Shown in pieces: positions 44,478 through 57,777 of a stretch of 64,000 nucleotides of DNA (positions are counted from its first letter, which is position 1; each line of letters opens with the position of its first letter). Both the position numbers and the translations under genes were made by a program. Origin of the DNA: the human T2T-CHM13v2.0 reference genome, Homo sapiens; NCBI GenBank assembly GCA_009914755.4, contig CP068257.2, positions 20,608,001 to 20,672,000 on the forward strand. Direction: 5' to 3'. Below the pieces are notes generated by a model. That model worked only from the letters and a program-made list of their open reading frames with translations, ran no database searches and was not told the DNA's origin.

Positions 44478-44977
44478 TGTTAGACAAAGCTCCCAGAATA
44501 GACTTAAAATGAAGCTTGTCTTTTTGTGAGGCCTTTGACAAAGAGTTAAGCACCATTCCAAAAACCTCACTCTGCCTTATTCCTGTCCAATTCTGTATCT
44601 TTATAGTCTATTAGTGTTCACATTTTATAATTATTCAGACCCATAGGAACGTGCTACTTTCTTAACCTTTCTACCATATCTTAGAAACCCTAAATAATTC
44701 ATGGTCTGTTTTTACCTTAAAGTGATTTTCACAGTCATAGACAAGTCAGTTTAAAGTAATGTGACACAGAGTAACAAAATGAACAAAAAAGCATTTTGCT
44801 AAGCTCTTTATACACACTGCCATGTTGTTCTTTATGACAAATTTATGAGGTAGGTTCCTTAGCCCCATTTCACAGGCTGAGAACCTGAGACTGTCAACAC
44901 TAAGCTGATTTTACTGTGATTACATCTTAGTGAGTGACAGATCTAGCAATCATGGAATTGAGAAGGCCCCACCTATG

Positions 44978-45093
44978 TTATGTTATAACATAACATAACA
45001 TAACATAACATAACATAACATAACATAACATAGCATAGCATAGCATAGCATAGCATAGCATAGCATAGCATAGCATGGCAACATAACATAACA
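44978..45093. repeat. Pentanucleotide microsatellite: (ACATA) about 10 units followed by (GCATA) about 9 units
   Basis: …ataacataacataacataacataacataacataacataacatagcatagcatagcatagcatagcatagcatagcatagcatagcatggcaacataacataacac…. Confidence 0.9.
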
Positions 45094-45867
45094 CAGGGGG
45101 CCTTCTCAATTATGTTATAACATAACATAGGGGAGGCCTTATAATTTTCTTCATTCTTATCTTGATGTGAAATAAGGACAACATCTGCAACAGGAGGTTG
45201 TGATCACTGTAAGAAACAGCTTCAGAATTACAAAATCTTTTCTTCTACAAGTTAATCTGTACTTTCACTCATTTGCAAATATTTCAAGGCTTCTTCACTC
45301 TTGAATATCAATAAAGCGATGCTCACATTGATATATTCAAGTTTCTCTATTTCATTTCTTCATTAGAAGCTCTTTGGTTCACAAAGTTTATTATCTCTAG
45401 GAAATGCTACAGAGGTGCTCTCCTGTTTTTATATATGTTATCACTCACCTCAGTTACATCATCGTGTATTTTCTTTCTGCTTCAAGCTTCTTGAAGTTTC
45501 ACTGCATGCAAAATCACGTTAAAAGAGAATAATAGCCAATGTTCACGTTACATGTGTCGTCTGTCAATGGTCCCATTCTTTAAATATTGATACATTTCTC
45601 AATTCTGTTCAGAATTTGATAAATCTCTTCTCCATAACTTGAACCTGCATTGCTTTGTTCATAATTTCATGACACTAACTCTTCCGTATTTTTAAGGAAT
45701 TGTTAATGCACACAATAATACCTCACTGGTAAGCAGAAATAATAGGTTGTACCATGGTATGATCAGAATTTGTCTACGTATACCTGCACACATACACACA
45801 TACACCCTCCATAAATATTCTCATAAATCAATCTTAATTTAATGAGAAGTAACTTGCATTTCAGCAT

Positions 45868-45890
45868 TGTGTGTGTGTGTTTGTGTGTCT
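45868..45890. repeat. (GT)n microsatellite
   Basis: gtgtgtgtgtgtttgtgtgtctg. Confidence 0.8.
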
Positions 45891-45897
45891 GTATTTG

Positions 45898-46170
45898 TTT
45901 TGAGAGAGGGTTTTGCGTTGTCACGTAGGCTGGGGTGCAGTGAGATAATAGCCCACTGCAGCCTTGAACTCCTGGTCTCAATTATCTCACCAAGTAGCTG
46001 GGACTGCAGGTGCTCACCACCATGCTCACTAATATTTTTACTTTTATTTTTGTAGAGACATAGTTTCACTACGTCACCCAGGCTGGTCGCAAACTCCTGG
46101 CCTCAAGCAAACCTCCCGCCTCAGACCCCACAAAGTGCTGGGACAACAGGCATGAGCCACCACACCTGGC
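45898..46170 (-). mobile_element. Alu (older, AluJ-like)
   Basis: …gagagagggttttgcgttgtcacgtaggctggggtgcagtgagataatagcccactgcagccttgaactcctgg…caaagtgctgggacaacaggcatgagccaccacacctggc. Confidence 0.8.
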
Positions 46171-48531
46171 AAATATTTTCAATATCACAGAAGCAGTTTT
46201 TATGCTCACAGAGTCTCAACCTTAAACCATAACTCCATTTTAAAAGAGAATATTTGTTTTAAATTTCAGTAGATAAAAGGTACAGTAAGTGATTGCATAA
46301 AGAAGAAAGTTATAAAAGGTGAATTCAACTCTTTACAATCTTAAAACCAGAATAGGTCTTACAGCTTTAACAGCAAAATTAAGCATTTTCTCCATCTTTC
46401 TCTTTAGGTAAAAAAGTGCATTTTGGTAATGCTGATCTTCAAGAAATAATGTGTTTCTACTTTTCTATGCTATAGAGACTAAGGAAACACAAAAACGTAT
46501 TAGAATCAAAGTGTCAAGTAGAATTGCGCATGCTTTGGTCTTGAATATAAATTTGTATTTCCTCCCATCATAGACACATTTACAAAGACAAAGGAAGTCT
46601 TTGTATAACAGGAAATCTAACTCCTGTACTCTTAAAATTTTATGATTTTTGTCTTCAGATGTTAGAGAAAAATACAAAAAACAATTTTGTTGGATGTGGT
46701 TTTGTAGCCTTACTTAGATAGGTAGAACTAAATAACAGATTATGTTTATCTGTAAGTAGCAATATCTAGTTTGACTTTCCTAATCTTTTTTATTTGTTTT
46801 TAATTGGCAAATAAAAATTATATATATTTATATTATACACAATGATGTTTTCATATTTGTATGCATTGAGTAATGGCTAAATGAAGCTATTTAACATATG
46901 CATTAACTCATCTACCTAATATTTCAATTAAAATATCTCCAAGAAGAGAAAATGCACAAAATAATTAAGCAAAACTTTCTTGCATTTAATGAAATGCAAA
47001 AATTAATGAATTGCACTTAATGACGTGTGAAATTAATGAATAAAATGCTAGCCAGAAGTAGCCCATCATCCTGAACCAACAGTAGACCAATCAGTCCCAT
47101 TTCTTGAGCTAATTTCATTTTCTCAAGCTGTGTTACTGCTACACAAAGCAGTAGATATTGGAGATATCAATAAATCTGCTATTGTGTTTTTATTAAAACT
47201 CAAAACCCACAAGAATTTATGCTTTAGGAAATAAAATCTCCAACTCTTAGAAAACAGATTGATATGAACATTTGCTGTCTGAACATCAGAAAGATGGTAT
47301 GCCATTTAAAATTAGCTCTAAACAGTCTTCCACCCTAGGCTTGCATAATTATCATGAATTTTAATTTTGTTGTTGGTGGTGATCTAACTGCATGAAAATC
47401 ATCAGAGACTAATACTTGTCATACCCTTTCTCTTGACTTTGTGGCAAAAGTCTACTGACCTTGTCTTAAGAGCAGATGCAACTAAATTAGTGCAATCCTG
47501 CCAACTTAGTTTTATGGTATCTCAAACGTGATGGTTCCTCACACTGTACAGTCTACATTGCTCACTGGCACAGCATTGTCATAAGTAAACTTAACTCCAG
47601 TGGAATTCAATTACAATCTTCTTCACACATTTATATTTGATATTGCAATACTTAAAATACTGTTATAAAATTTATAACTGTTAGCCACTCTCTGAGAGCT
47701 ATTGAAGCACCAAACATATTGGACATCTAGAAAATCTGATTTTCCCATTTTTTAATAAATTAACAGATACTATCATATGACCAAAATGAGAAATTATTAG
47801 CTAAATACACAATAATGTGTCTCAACTCATAATAAGAACAATTATCAGACTTGTAACTTTGTTCATTTATGAGAGATTCCTCAAAATCAACAGATAATAT
47901 GTATTTTGGGGTAAATAAGGATTTCGGAATGCTTTTAAAAGAAGGAATCTCTTTACTTCAACAAGAAGCACAACCAAGAATATTTAGCAGACTAAAAAAC
48001 TGTAAAGCTATTAACACTTCCAAAGAAAGTGGCTAATATGAAGAAAATCATTGGGCAGTTGCAGGGAGTTAACATGGAGAATAAGAAAATACCTTAGTTG
48101 ATTATTATGTCAAATAGGCATCTCTCACTGAAGTCCTAGCTTCTACACTACCTTAAAACTACACATTTTCAAAATTTCAAAGAAGCTGTGGAAAGTCAGC
48201 AACAGTTCCAGAATATAAAAATTAATGGAAAAATATCTAAATACGAGTTACAAAACAAACCTCTAACAATTTCAGGATGGCCATGTGATCATGCCAGATG
48301 ATCTCAAAGAGAAATCTTCAAACAATTTACAGGAATTTATCCATCACAGCCAGGTTACAGTAATGACCTGTGTAGGTGATGAGGGATAAAAGACTACACA
48401 TTGGATACAGTATACACTGCTTGGGTGACAGGTGCACCAAAATCTCAGAAATCAGCACTAAAGAACTTATTCATGTAACAAAACACTACGTGTTCCCCAA
48501 AGACCTATTAAAATAGAAAATAAATTTTTTT

Positions 48532-48873
<342 letters not shown>

Positions 48874-49240
48874 TCAGAAGCATGCCTCATATGTCACTAG
48901 CATAATCCTGATAAAATTATCAAGGCAAAATTTGAACAAGAGCCCAAGGGAGCCTCATGGTTTTGAAGACTTCTGAGTGGACTTCATACCACTGCAGCTT
49001 GCAAAGGTTTTAAATATGGTGTGGTTAATATTTACTTATTCATATTTTTTGTAAAATTTAGCTTGGAAAGTGACTACAGGAGAGATGACACATATTTGGA
49101 AGTTGTTTCTCTTTTGCAAATTTTACAGTGAAGGCTCAGTGGATTTTCTGATTCAGACCTATAACCACCCTAGTCACAAATATTCATGCCTCATACCTGA
49201 CCATGATTACAAACGATGCTAAAAACCACAGAATAATATA

Positions 49241-49315
49241 TTCGGTTGGTGCAAAAGTAATTGCTTTTGCCATTACAAAAAAGGCAAAGTCACAATTACT
49301 TTTGCACCAGCCTAA
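49241..49315. mobile_element. MADE1 (Hsmar1-derived ~80-bp mariner MITE)
   Basis: ttcggttggtgcaaaagtaattgcttttgccattacaaaaaaggcaaagtcacaattacttttgcaccagcctaa has near-palindromic mariner inverted-repeat halves (consensus TTAGGTTGGTGCAAAAGTAATTGCGG…). Confidence 0.8.
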
Positions 49316-49399
49316 TACAACAGCCTCACGGGAGCATTCTGCTTAAAATCATTTGGTGACCCACCAAAGATTGTATTCGAATTGAGACACACATTTTTA

Positions 49400-50700
49400 A
49401 AAAATCTGGCTCCAGGAATGAATAAAGCTCATTCTACCTAGAAGATACTCATGGGATAGATGCAAATTGTTGTAATAAAGACAAAGAATTAAGCTGAGAT
49501 TTGAACAACCCATCATAAAAGCTAATGCAAAACTTGGAATTTAGGCTTAGCTGGAAGATTGTTTGCAAGACCAAAAAGCTCAACATTATCTAGAAGACTC
49601 TGATAAGATTCACTGACTATACAACATAACACTCATGCTCTCCAGGATAAAATCCAAAATTACTCAACATTAAACAAACAAGCAAAACAAACAGAAAATA
49701 TGACCAAGTCTCAAGGAAAAACATAATTAGATACTACCCTTGAGATGATAAAGTTACTGAAATTATCTAGCAAAGACTTTAAAGTTCTTAAAAATTATGA
49801 AACTATGATAACTCTGAGGTAAAATCAAACACACTTGATATTAATATTAAGTATGAATCTCCAAGAAATGTAATCTTTAAAAAACAAAATAAGAATTTTG
49901 AAACTGACCACTACAATATCTGATCTAAAATTTCACTGGGTGAGCTCAATAGGAGAGTAGATGTGACACAAGCAAGAGTTAGTGAACCTGAAGATAGATC
50001 AATAGAAACTGTGAAATATAAAGAACAGAAAAAAGTAACAGAGTTCAGGAACATGTGAGAAAATACCAAAAAGTTGACTGAATATATCATAGGAATTTAG
50101 AAAAAGGAGGAGGAAGATTAGAGAAGAAAAAATATTTGAAAGAATAACAGTCTAAATCTTTCCAAATTTGTTGAAAGACATAAATTTACAAATTCAAGTT
50201 ACTCAGGAAAACACAAAATGTATAAACTCAAACAACATTATACCTAGAGACATCATAATGAAACTAATGAAACCAAAGTTTAAGAAAGTATCTTGAAAAC
50301 AGCTAGTGAAGGATTTCACAGTATTTACAATGGAACAAATTATAATTACCACAAATTTATTTTCAAAACCATGGAGGCCAGAGAATAATGGAACACCTTT
50401 AACATGCAGACAGAAATCAACTGCATATCAAAAATATTTATCCAGTGATACTTCATAGCAGGAATAAAAACAATGTAAAAATAAAGATATTCTGAGATTA
50501 ATAGAGACAAAAATATATATCAATAGTGGAACTTTCTCTAAAGTAAATGATGCAATTGAATCTGTAGGTTGAAAGAAAGTGATACAAAAAGAACTTATAT
50601 CATTAAGAATGAGAGAACAGCAATAAAAAATGTCAAATATCTGGGATAGCATAAAGAGCATTTTTTCCTCTAAAGTTCTAAACTTTGTAAGATTTTAAAA
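49400..50700 (+). mobile_element. Old L1 (L1M/L1P-like) ORF1-region fragment; boundaries approximate
   Basis: Translation patches match L1 ORF1 (…SEPEDRSIETVKYKEQKK…; …IFERITV*IFPNLLKDINLQIQVTQENTKCINSNNIIPRDIIMKLMKPKFKKVS*KQLVKDFTVFTMEQIIITTNLFSKPWRPENNGTPLTCRQ… versus …ERGAERIFEEIMAENFPNLMKNINLHIQEAQQTPSRINSKRSTPRHIIIKLLKAKDKERILKAARE…TMEARRQW…). Confidence 0.5.
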
Positions 50701-50956
50701 GCAAAACTTATTATCCGGTGTGGTTTTCAATGTACATAGGGAAAATACATATGATAATTATGCCATAAAATACAGGATTGAGTATACAGGGATTGAGTTG
50801 GATTTATATTATTAGTGTATGTATTTTATCTTTAACGTGAAGTGGTAAAATAGTAATTCTAATAGGCTGTGAAAAATTAGGCATGTATATTATAATTTCT
50901 GTTATACTCACAAAAATAAAATACCAAATGGCATAGTCAAAAGTCAATTAAAAATT

Positions 50957-51056
50957 AGGATTGAAATAAATATACATATATATGTATGTGCGTGTGTCTA
51001 TATATACATATATGTCTGTGTGTGCATGTGTGGACATGTGTGCACACACATATGTA
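50957..51056. repeat. Compound (TATG/TGTG/CATA) simple repeat
   Basis: atatacatatatatgtatgtgcgtgtgtctatatatacatatatgtctgtgtgtgcatgtgtggacatgtgtgcacacacatatgtatac. Confidence 0.8.
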
Positions 51057-51513
51057 TACAGGAATACCATGGAGATATTGCGGATTTGATTCCAGACCAC
51101 TGTATTAAAGTGAATATCACAATAAGTCACACAAATATTTTCGTTTCCTAGTACATACAAAAGTTATGTTTACACTATACTGTAGTTGATTAAGTGTGCA
51201 ATAATATGATGTTTAAAAAACAAAGCACATACCTTAATTTAAAAATACTATTGCTTCAAAATGTCAATAGTCATCTGAGCCTTCAGTGAGTCATAATCTC
51301 TTTGCTGGTGGAGGGCCTTGCCTCCATGTAGATGGCTGTTGACTGATCTGCATGGTGGTTACTGAAGGTTGGGATTGGCTATAGCAATTTCTCAAAACAA
51401 GAAAACAATGAAAATTTCTGCATTGATTGACTCTTTCTTTAAAGAAAGATTTCTTTATAGCATTCTATGTTGTTTGATAGCATGTTATCCACAGTAGAAT
51501 TTCTTTCAAAATA

Positions 51514-53663
51514 AGAGCCATCTATGACAAACCCACAGCAAACATCATGCTGAAGGGGCAAAAGTTGGGAGCATTCCCCTAGAAAACCAGCACAAGACAA
51601 GCATGTCCTCTTTCACTGCTCCTATTCAATGTAGTATTGAAAGTCCTGGTCAGAACAATCAGACAAGAGAAAGAAATAAAGGGCATCCAAATAGAAAGAG
51701 AGGAAGTCAAGCTATTCCTGTTTGCAGATGACATGATTATATATCTAGAAAACTCCATAATCTTAGCCCAAGTTGATACACAACTTCAGCCAAGTCTCAG
51801 GATACAAAATCAGTGTGCTAAAATCACGAGCATTCCTATACACAAACAAGAGTCAAGCTGAGAGCCAAATCAGAAATGCAATCCCATTCACAATTGCCAC
51901 AAAAAGAATAAAATACCTAGGAATACAGCAAACCAGGGAGGTGAAATATCTCTACAAGGAGAACTACAAAACACTGCTCAAATAAATTAAAGATTACACA
52001 AACAAATGAAAACACAGTCCATGCTCATGGATCAGAAGAATCAATATCATTAAAATGGCCATACTTCCCAAAGCAATTTGCAGATCAAATGCTATTTCTA
52101 TCAAACTATGAATGTCATTCTTCACAGAATTAGGAAAAAAACAAACTATATTGTAATGTATATGGAACTACAAAAGATCCCAAATAGCCAAGGCAATCCT
52201 AATCAAAAAGAACAAAGCTGTAGGCTTCACACTATCTAACTTCAAACTATACTACGGGGCTACAGTAACAAAAACAGCATCGTACTAGTACAAAAACAGA
52301 CACCTATACCAACGGAACAAAATAGAGATCACAGAAATAAGACAGCACACCTGCAACTATCCGATCTTTGACACAGCTGGCAAAAACAAGCAATGAGGAA
52401 AGGACTCCATGTATAAATAATGGTGCTGGGATAACAGGTTAGTCTTATGCAGAAAATAGAAACTGGACCCTTTCCTTACACCATGTACAAAAATCAATGC
52501 AAGATGTATTGAAGACTTAAAAGTAAAACCCAAAATTATAAAAACTCTGGAAGACAACCTAGGCAATACAATCTTGGATATAGTAATGGGCAAAGATTTC
52601 ATGACAGTCTCCAAAAGCAGTTGCAACAAAAGCAAAAATTCCCAATGGAATGTAATTAAACTAAAGAGTTTCTGCACAGCAAAAGAAGCTATCAATAGAG
52701 TAAACAGATAACCTAGAGAATGGGAGAAAATTTTAGCAAACTTCATCTAACAAAAGTCTAATAGCCAGCATCTATCAGGAACTTAAACAAATGTATAAGA
52801 AAAACAAACAACCCCATTAAAATATGAGCAAAGGACATGAACACTTTTCAAAAGAAAACATACGTGCAGCCAATGATCATATGAAAGAAAGCTCAACATC
52901 ACTGATCATTAGAGAAGTGAAAATCAAAACGACAATGAGATATCATCTCACACCAGCCAGAACGGCTACTATTAAAGAGTCAAAAAAATAAAGGATGCTG
53001 GCAAAATTCATGAGAAAAAGGAGTGCTTATACACTGTTGGTGGGAGTGTAAATCAGTTCAACCATTGTTGAAAGTAGCTTGGTGATTCCTTAAAAGCTAA
53101 AAACAGAACTACCATTCAACCCAGAATTCCATTACTGGGTATATACCCAAAATAATATAAATCGTTGGACTATAATTATACATGCATGTGTATGTTCATA
53201 ACAGCACTATTCATAACAGCAAAGACATGAAATCAACCTAAATGCCCATCAAAGGCAGATTGAGCAAAGCAAATATGGTAGATACACACCATGGAATGCT
53301 ATGCAGCCATAAAAATGAAAAAGATCATGTCCTTTCCAGAAACATGGATGAAGTTGGAGGCCATTATCCTTAGCGAACTAATGCAGGAACAAAAAACCAA
53401 ATGCTGCGTGTTCTCACTGATAAGTGGGAGCTAAATGATGAGAACAGCAGACACATAGAGGGGACAACAGACACTGGGGTCTACTGGAAGGTGGAGGGTG
53501 AGAGGAGGGAGAGGATCAGGAAAAATAACTAACAGGCACTAGGCTTAATACTTGGGTGACGAAATAATCTGTACGACAAACCCGCATGACAAGGGTTTAC
53601 TTATATAATAAGCCAGCACATGTAGCCCTGAGCTTAAAAGTTAAAAATATTAGAGACAATCAA
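51514..53663 (+). mobile_element. L1P (older L1PA/L1PB-like) ORF2 3' half plus 3'UTR, inserted into Tigger1
   Basis: Starts at …agagccatctatgacaaacccacagcaaacatcatgctgaag (L1 ORF2 '[14 protein letters not shown]') and runs through …[11 protein letters not shown]…, …KRIKYLGIQ…, …[16 protein letters not shown] regions to the 3' end …agccagcacatgtagccctgagcttaaaagttaaaaatatt. Flanking aaaataagag / aaaatattagag looks like a target-site duplication. Confidence 0.8.
51637..51985 (+). pseudogene. L1 ORF2 reverse-transcriptase fragment (two frames: 51637-51861 and 51773-51985)
   Basis: [39 protein letters not shown]… and …[45 protein letters not shown]…. Confidence 0.8.
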
Positions 53664-54535
53664 TTTACACTGTATCAAATTAAACTAAATTAAAATTAAA
53701 CTTTATCAACAGAGTTTATGTCATATTGTAAGTACTGCGTTGTCAATTCAACAATGTTGTCACAGCATCTTCACTGAGAGAAGGTTCCATCTCAGTAGAC
53801 CACTTTCTTTGTTCATCCACAAGAAGCAACTACTCATTGTTCGGGCTTTATTATGAGATGGCAGCAATTCAGTCACTTTTTCAGGCTTCATTTCTGATTC
53901 TAGTTCTCTTGTTCTTTCCACCACATCTGTAGTTCATTTTTCCACTGAAGTATTAAACTCCTGAAGGCCATCCATGAAGCCTAGAATAAACTTCTTCCAA
54001 ACTCCTGTTCATGTCGGTATTTTGATCTTCTTCCATGATCACAAGTGTTCTTAACAACATCCAAAATGGTGAATTCTTTACAGAAGGTTTTCAACGTACT
54101 TTTCCCAGATCCATCAGAGGAACCACTGCACTACCTAAGGAAGTTTTAGCCTTATGAAATGTATTTCTTAAATAATAGGACTTGAAAGTAAAACTTACTC
54201 CTTGAATACGGGCTGCAGAATGGATCTCCTGTTAGCAAGTATGAAATTATTAATCTTCTTGTATATCTCCATCAGAGATCTTGAGTGACCAGATATAGTG
54301 AGCAGTGATATTTTGAAAGGAATTATTTTATTTTATTTTGAGCAGTAAGTCTTAACAGTGGGCTTAAAATATTCAGTAAGCCATTGTGTACCCAGATGTA
54401 CTGTCATCCAGGGTTTGTAGTTCCATTTATAAAACACAGAAAAAGTAGATTTAGCATAATTCTTAAGGGTCTTAAGATTTTTTCAGTGGTAAACGAGCAC
54501 TGGCTTCAACTTAAAGTCAGAAGCTGCAAAGTCCC

Positions 54536-54850
54536 CTACAAGAAAGTCAGCCTGTCTTTTGAAGCCAGGCATTGACTTTTTTTTCTAGCTATGATAGTTC
54601 TAGATGGCAACTTCTTCCAAGAGAAGGCTGTTTCATCTACACAGAAAAGCTGTTTTTCAGTGTAGCCATATTCACCAGTGACTTTAGCTAGATTTTCTGA
54701 ATAACTTGCTGCTGCTTCTAAATTAGCACTTGCTGCTTCCCCTTGCTCTTGTATGTTATAGAAATGGTTTCTTTCCCTAAACCCCATGAACCATCCTCTG
54801 CTAGCTTCAAACTTTTCTTCTGCAGCTTCCTTACCTCTCTCAGCCTTCAC
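54536..54850 (-). pseudogene. Tigger1 transposase (pogo/CENP-B-like) remnant ORF
   Basis: MKAERGKEAAEEKFEASRGWFMGFRERNHFYNIQEQGEAASANLEAAASYSENLAKVTGEYGYTEKQLFCVDETAFSWKKLPSRTIIARKKSQCLASKDRLTFL matches the Tigger1 transposase block …[97 protein letters not shown]. Confidence 0.8.
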
Positions 54851-56960
54851 AGACTTGAAAAGGGTTAGGACCTTGCTCTAGATTAGGTTTTAGCTAAAGG
54901 GAATGTTGTGGCAGGTTTCAGACCATTAAAACTATCCATATCAGTAATAAGGCTGTTTTGTTTTCTAGAAATTCACATGTTAACTTGAGTAGTACATTTA
55001 ATTTCCTTCAAGAACTTTTTTTTTGCATTCACAATTAGGCTAACTTGTGCAAGAAAGCTAGCTTTCAGCCTAGCTCCACTTTTGATAAGCATTACTCATT
55101 ACATTTAATTATTTCCAACTTTTGATTTAAAGTGAGAGATGTGTGCTGCTTCCTTTCCTTGAACAGTTAAAGGTCATTGTATGGTTATTAGTTGACCTAA
55201 GTCCAATGTTGTTGTTTGTCAGGGAATAAGGGGTCCAGGGAGAGAAAGAAAGAAGGGGGAATAGTCGATCAGTGGAGCAATCAGAACACACACAACATTT
55301 ATATATTAAGTTTACTATCTTATAATAGTGTGGCTGGTGGTGCCCCAAAATAATTATATTAGTAACAGCAGAAATTGCTAATCATAGATCACCATGACAA
55401 ATATAATAATGATGAAAATGTTTGAAATATTGTAAAAATTACCAAAATGTGACACAGAGACATGAAATGAACACGTTGATTGAAATATGGCACCAAAAGA
55501 CTTGCTCAATGCAAGGTTGCCACAACCTCCAATTGGTAAAAAATTCTGTATCTCCGGAGCACAATAAAGTAAAATACAATAAAATGAGGTATGATGTAAT
55601 ATATTTTAATTATAAAAATACAGAAAAGGGGAACAGAAGAACACATATAAAACAATAAGAACAAAAAATTACAAAGGTGACAAACAGAAAGAAAAAATCA
55701 AATGATGCACTTAAATCTAACCATATTAGTAATAGCATTAAGTATTAATGGCCTATAGATTCCAATTAAAATGAAGAAATTGACAGATTTGATCTTAAAA
55801 AAGAATGATTCAAATATATTCTGACCATAATAGGTACATTACAACAGAAATAAGCTGAAAGTACAAAATTAATATACGTATACCATCTGCTCAAGTGACA
55901 ATATAAAATTTATTAAATAAAATGATTTTCAAAATAAAGAGCATTAATAGAAAGGAAAATATATACTTCATGAAAATGAAAGGAACAATTGCTTAAAAAA
56001 CATAACCATTACAATTGTGGATATGTCTAGACCCAAAATACAGGAACAAAAATTGACATGATAAAAGAGAAAAACAGCCACTTCCACACCATACATAAGA
56101 GATTTTAATGTCTCTCTTTCAGCAATTGATTGAAAAATTATATGAAGAGTAACACAAAGGAGCAAACAACATTATCTTTCACTTTTCTATTCCAAAAAAG
56201 CAAAATACGTTTTTATCAAGGGCACATTGTGTATTTACTAAGGAAAACATATGCTAAGTTATAACAAAATCTCCATAAATTTAATGGATTGAAATCATAC
56301 AAAGTGTTCTTTGAAAATAAAGCACATAAACTGTGCTTATATAAGAAAATAGATAAATTCAGTAAACACACTCTCCATGTTAACAAATTAGATTTACAAA
56401 ATAGAAAATCAGATACAAAGTAAGTAGAAGTCAAGAAAAAATAAATAAGAGCAGAAATCTCTGAAATTAAATAGACAAAAGAGAACACTAGCAAAATCAA
56501 AACCAGTATATATGAAAGAAGTTTGCCAAACCTTTAGCTCAAATGATCAAGAAATAAGGAAAGAAAAAACAAATTGCAGGTTTCAGGAATAAAAAAGGGG
56601 GTTATAACAGAATCTGTAGACATTAAAAGATGAGCATATGTATTCTACCAAATTCAATAAAAGTATAAAAATAAAAAATTCAAATATATAATTTATCATA
56701 TTTGACATTAAATCTTAATAATGGAAAATAGATTATAATATTATTAAAAAGGTTTCAAAAACTCCACTACCTGCATGCTCAGATTATTTCAGTGATAAAT
56801 TCTAATGAATGTTACAGAAAAACATAATAATCAATTTAACACAAACTTTTTCCAAACACAAGAAAATGAGGGAGTACAACTCAATCTTTTTCTTTATGGC
56901 TAACATTACCCCAACATTAAGAACTTACAAAGATATTGCAAGAAGGAAAAGGAGGGGAAA

Positions 56961-56990
56961 GCATAGAGGAGGAGGAGGAGGAAGAAGAGA
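56961..56990. repeat. (GGA)n purine-rich microsatellite
   Basis: ggaggaggaggaggaagaagagagagg. Confidence 0.8.
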
Positions 56991-57482
56991 GAGGTAGAGA
57001 AAGATAAAGAGAATTACAAATCAATATATCTCAAAGATGGAATAATTATTCAGAAAATATTATCAAATTGAATTACTGAATCTAACAATATAGGTAGAGT
57101 GGATGATACAGCAAGACCAAGTAGTGTTTATTCCAGGACTGAAAAGTTGGTCTAACATTTGAAATAGAAGCAATGAAATTTACCATATTAACAAGAAAAA
57201 AGTTAATGAATTTCAACATACACAGATAAAAAAATTGAAAAATATGTTATACTCATTCAGGAAAAAATGCTCAATAAACTAGAATAGAAAGGGAATTTCC
57301 TCAACTTATTAAAGGGCATCTATTCTCCTAACATTATACTTCATGGCAGAGACAACTAATTTTCCCTTTGAGATCTTGAATAAAGGCAAGAATTCTCACT
57401 TTTACTAACACTTCTGTTTAATTTTAAGATCATACCATTTATAATAGGGCCAATGGCATACAAATCTAACAAAGAGATGTAT

Positions 57483-57650
57483 AAAAACTATAATCTCAAT
57501 ACTGCAAAATATTGGAATTAAATACTACCTCAATAAGCAGACAGTTATACAATGCTTATAATATAGAAAAACTATGATCCAAATACTACAATATTGGAAT
57601 TAAATACTACCTCAGTAAGTAGAAAGTTATACAATGCTTATGAGATAAAA
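57483..57650. repeat. Tandem duplication, 2 × ~84 bp
   Basis: aaaaactataatctcaatactgcaaaatattggaattaaatactacctcaataagcagacagttatacaatgcttataatatag / aaaaactatgatccaaatactacaatattggaattaaatactacctcagtaagtagaaagttatacaatgcttatgagataa. Confidence 0.85.
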
Positions 57651-57777
57651 TGTTCTATTTTTCTTAAGATAACAGATCTTCCCAAATTTACCTATAGATT
57701 CAATGCTACACCAATCAAACTCTAACAAGCTTTTTGGTGATTATTAACAAACTGATTATAAATTATAAATTAAATAT

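Larger units (their letters stand above)
51058..55603 (-). mobile_element. Tigger1 (pogo/Tc1-mariner superfamily) DNA transposon, near full length, split by an L1 insertion; transposase sense is the minus strand
   Basis: The left end caggaataccatggagatattgcggatttgattccagaccactgtattaaagtgaatatcacaataag… matches the Tigger1 terminus (…ccgcaatatctccaaggtattcctg reverse-complemented). Tigger1-like sequence resumes at about 53700 and runs to …caataaagtaaaatacaataaaatgaggtatg at 55603 (consensus …CAATAAAACGAGGTATGCCTG). Confidence 0.75.

Noticed and set aside
52357-52746. 129-aa minus-strand ORF
   Set aside because: It lies entirely on the minus strand of the plus-strand L1 ORF2 C-terminal region (…HCWWECKS… on the plus strand). 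Leucine- and phenylalanine-rich and low complexity. No recognisable homology.
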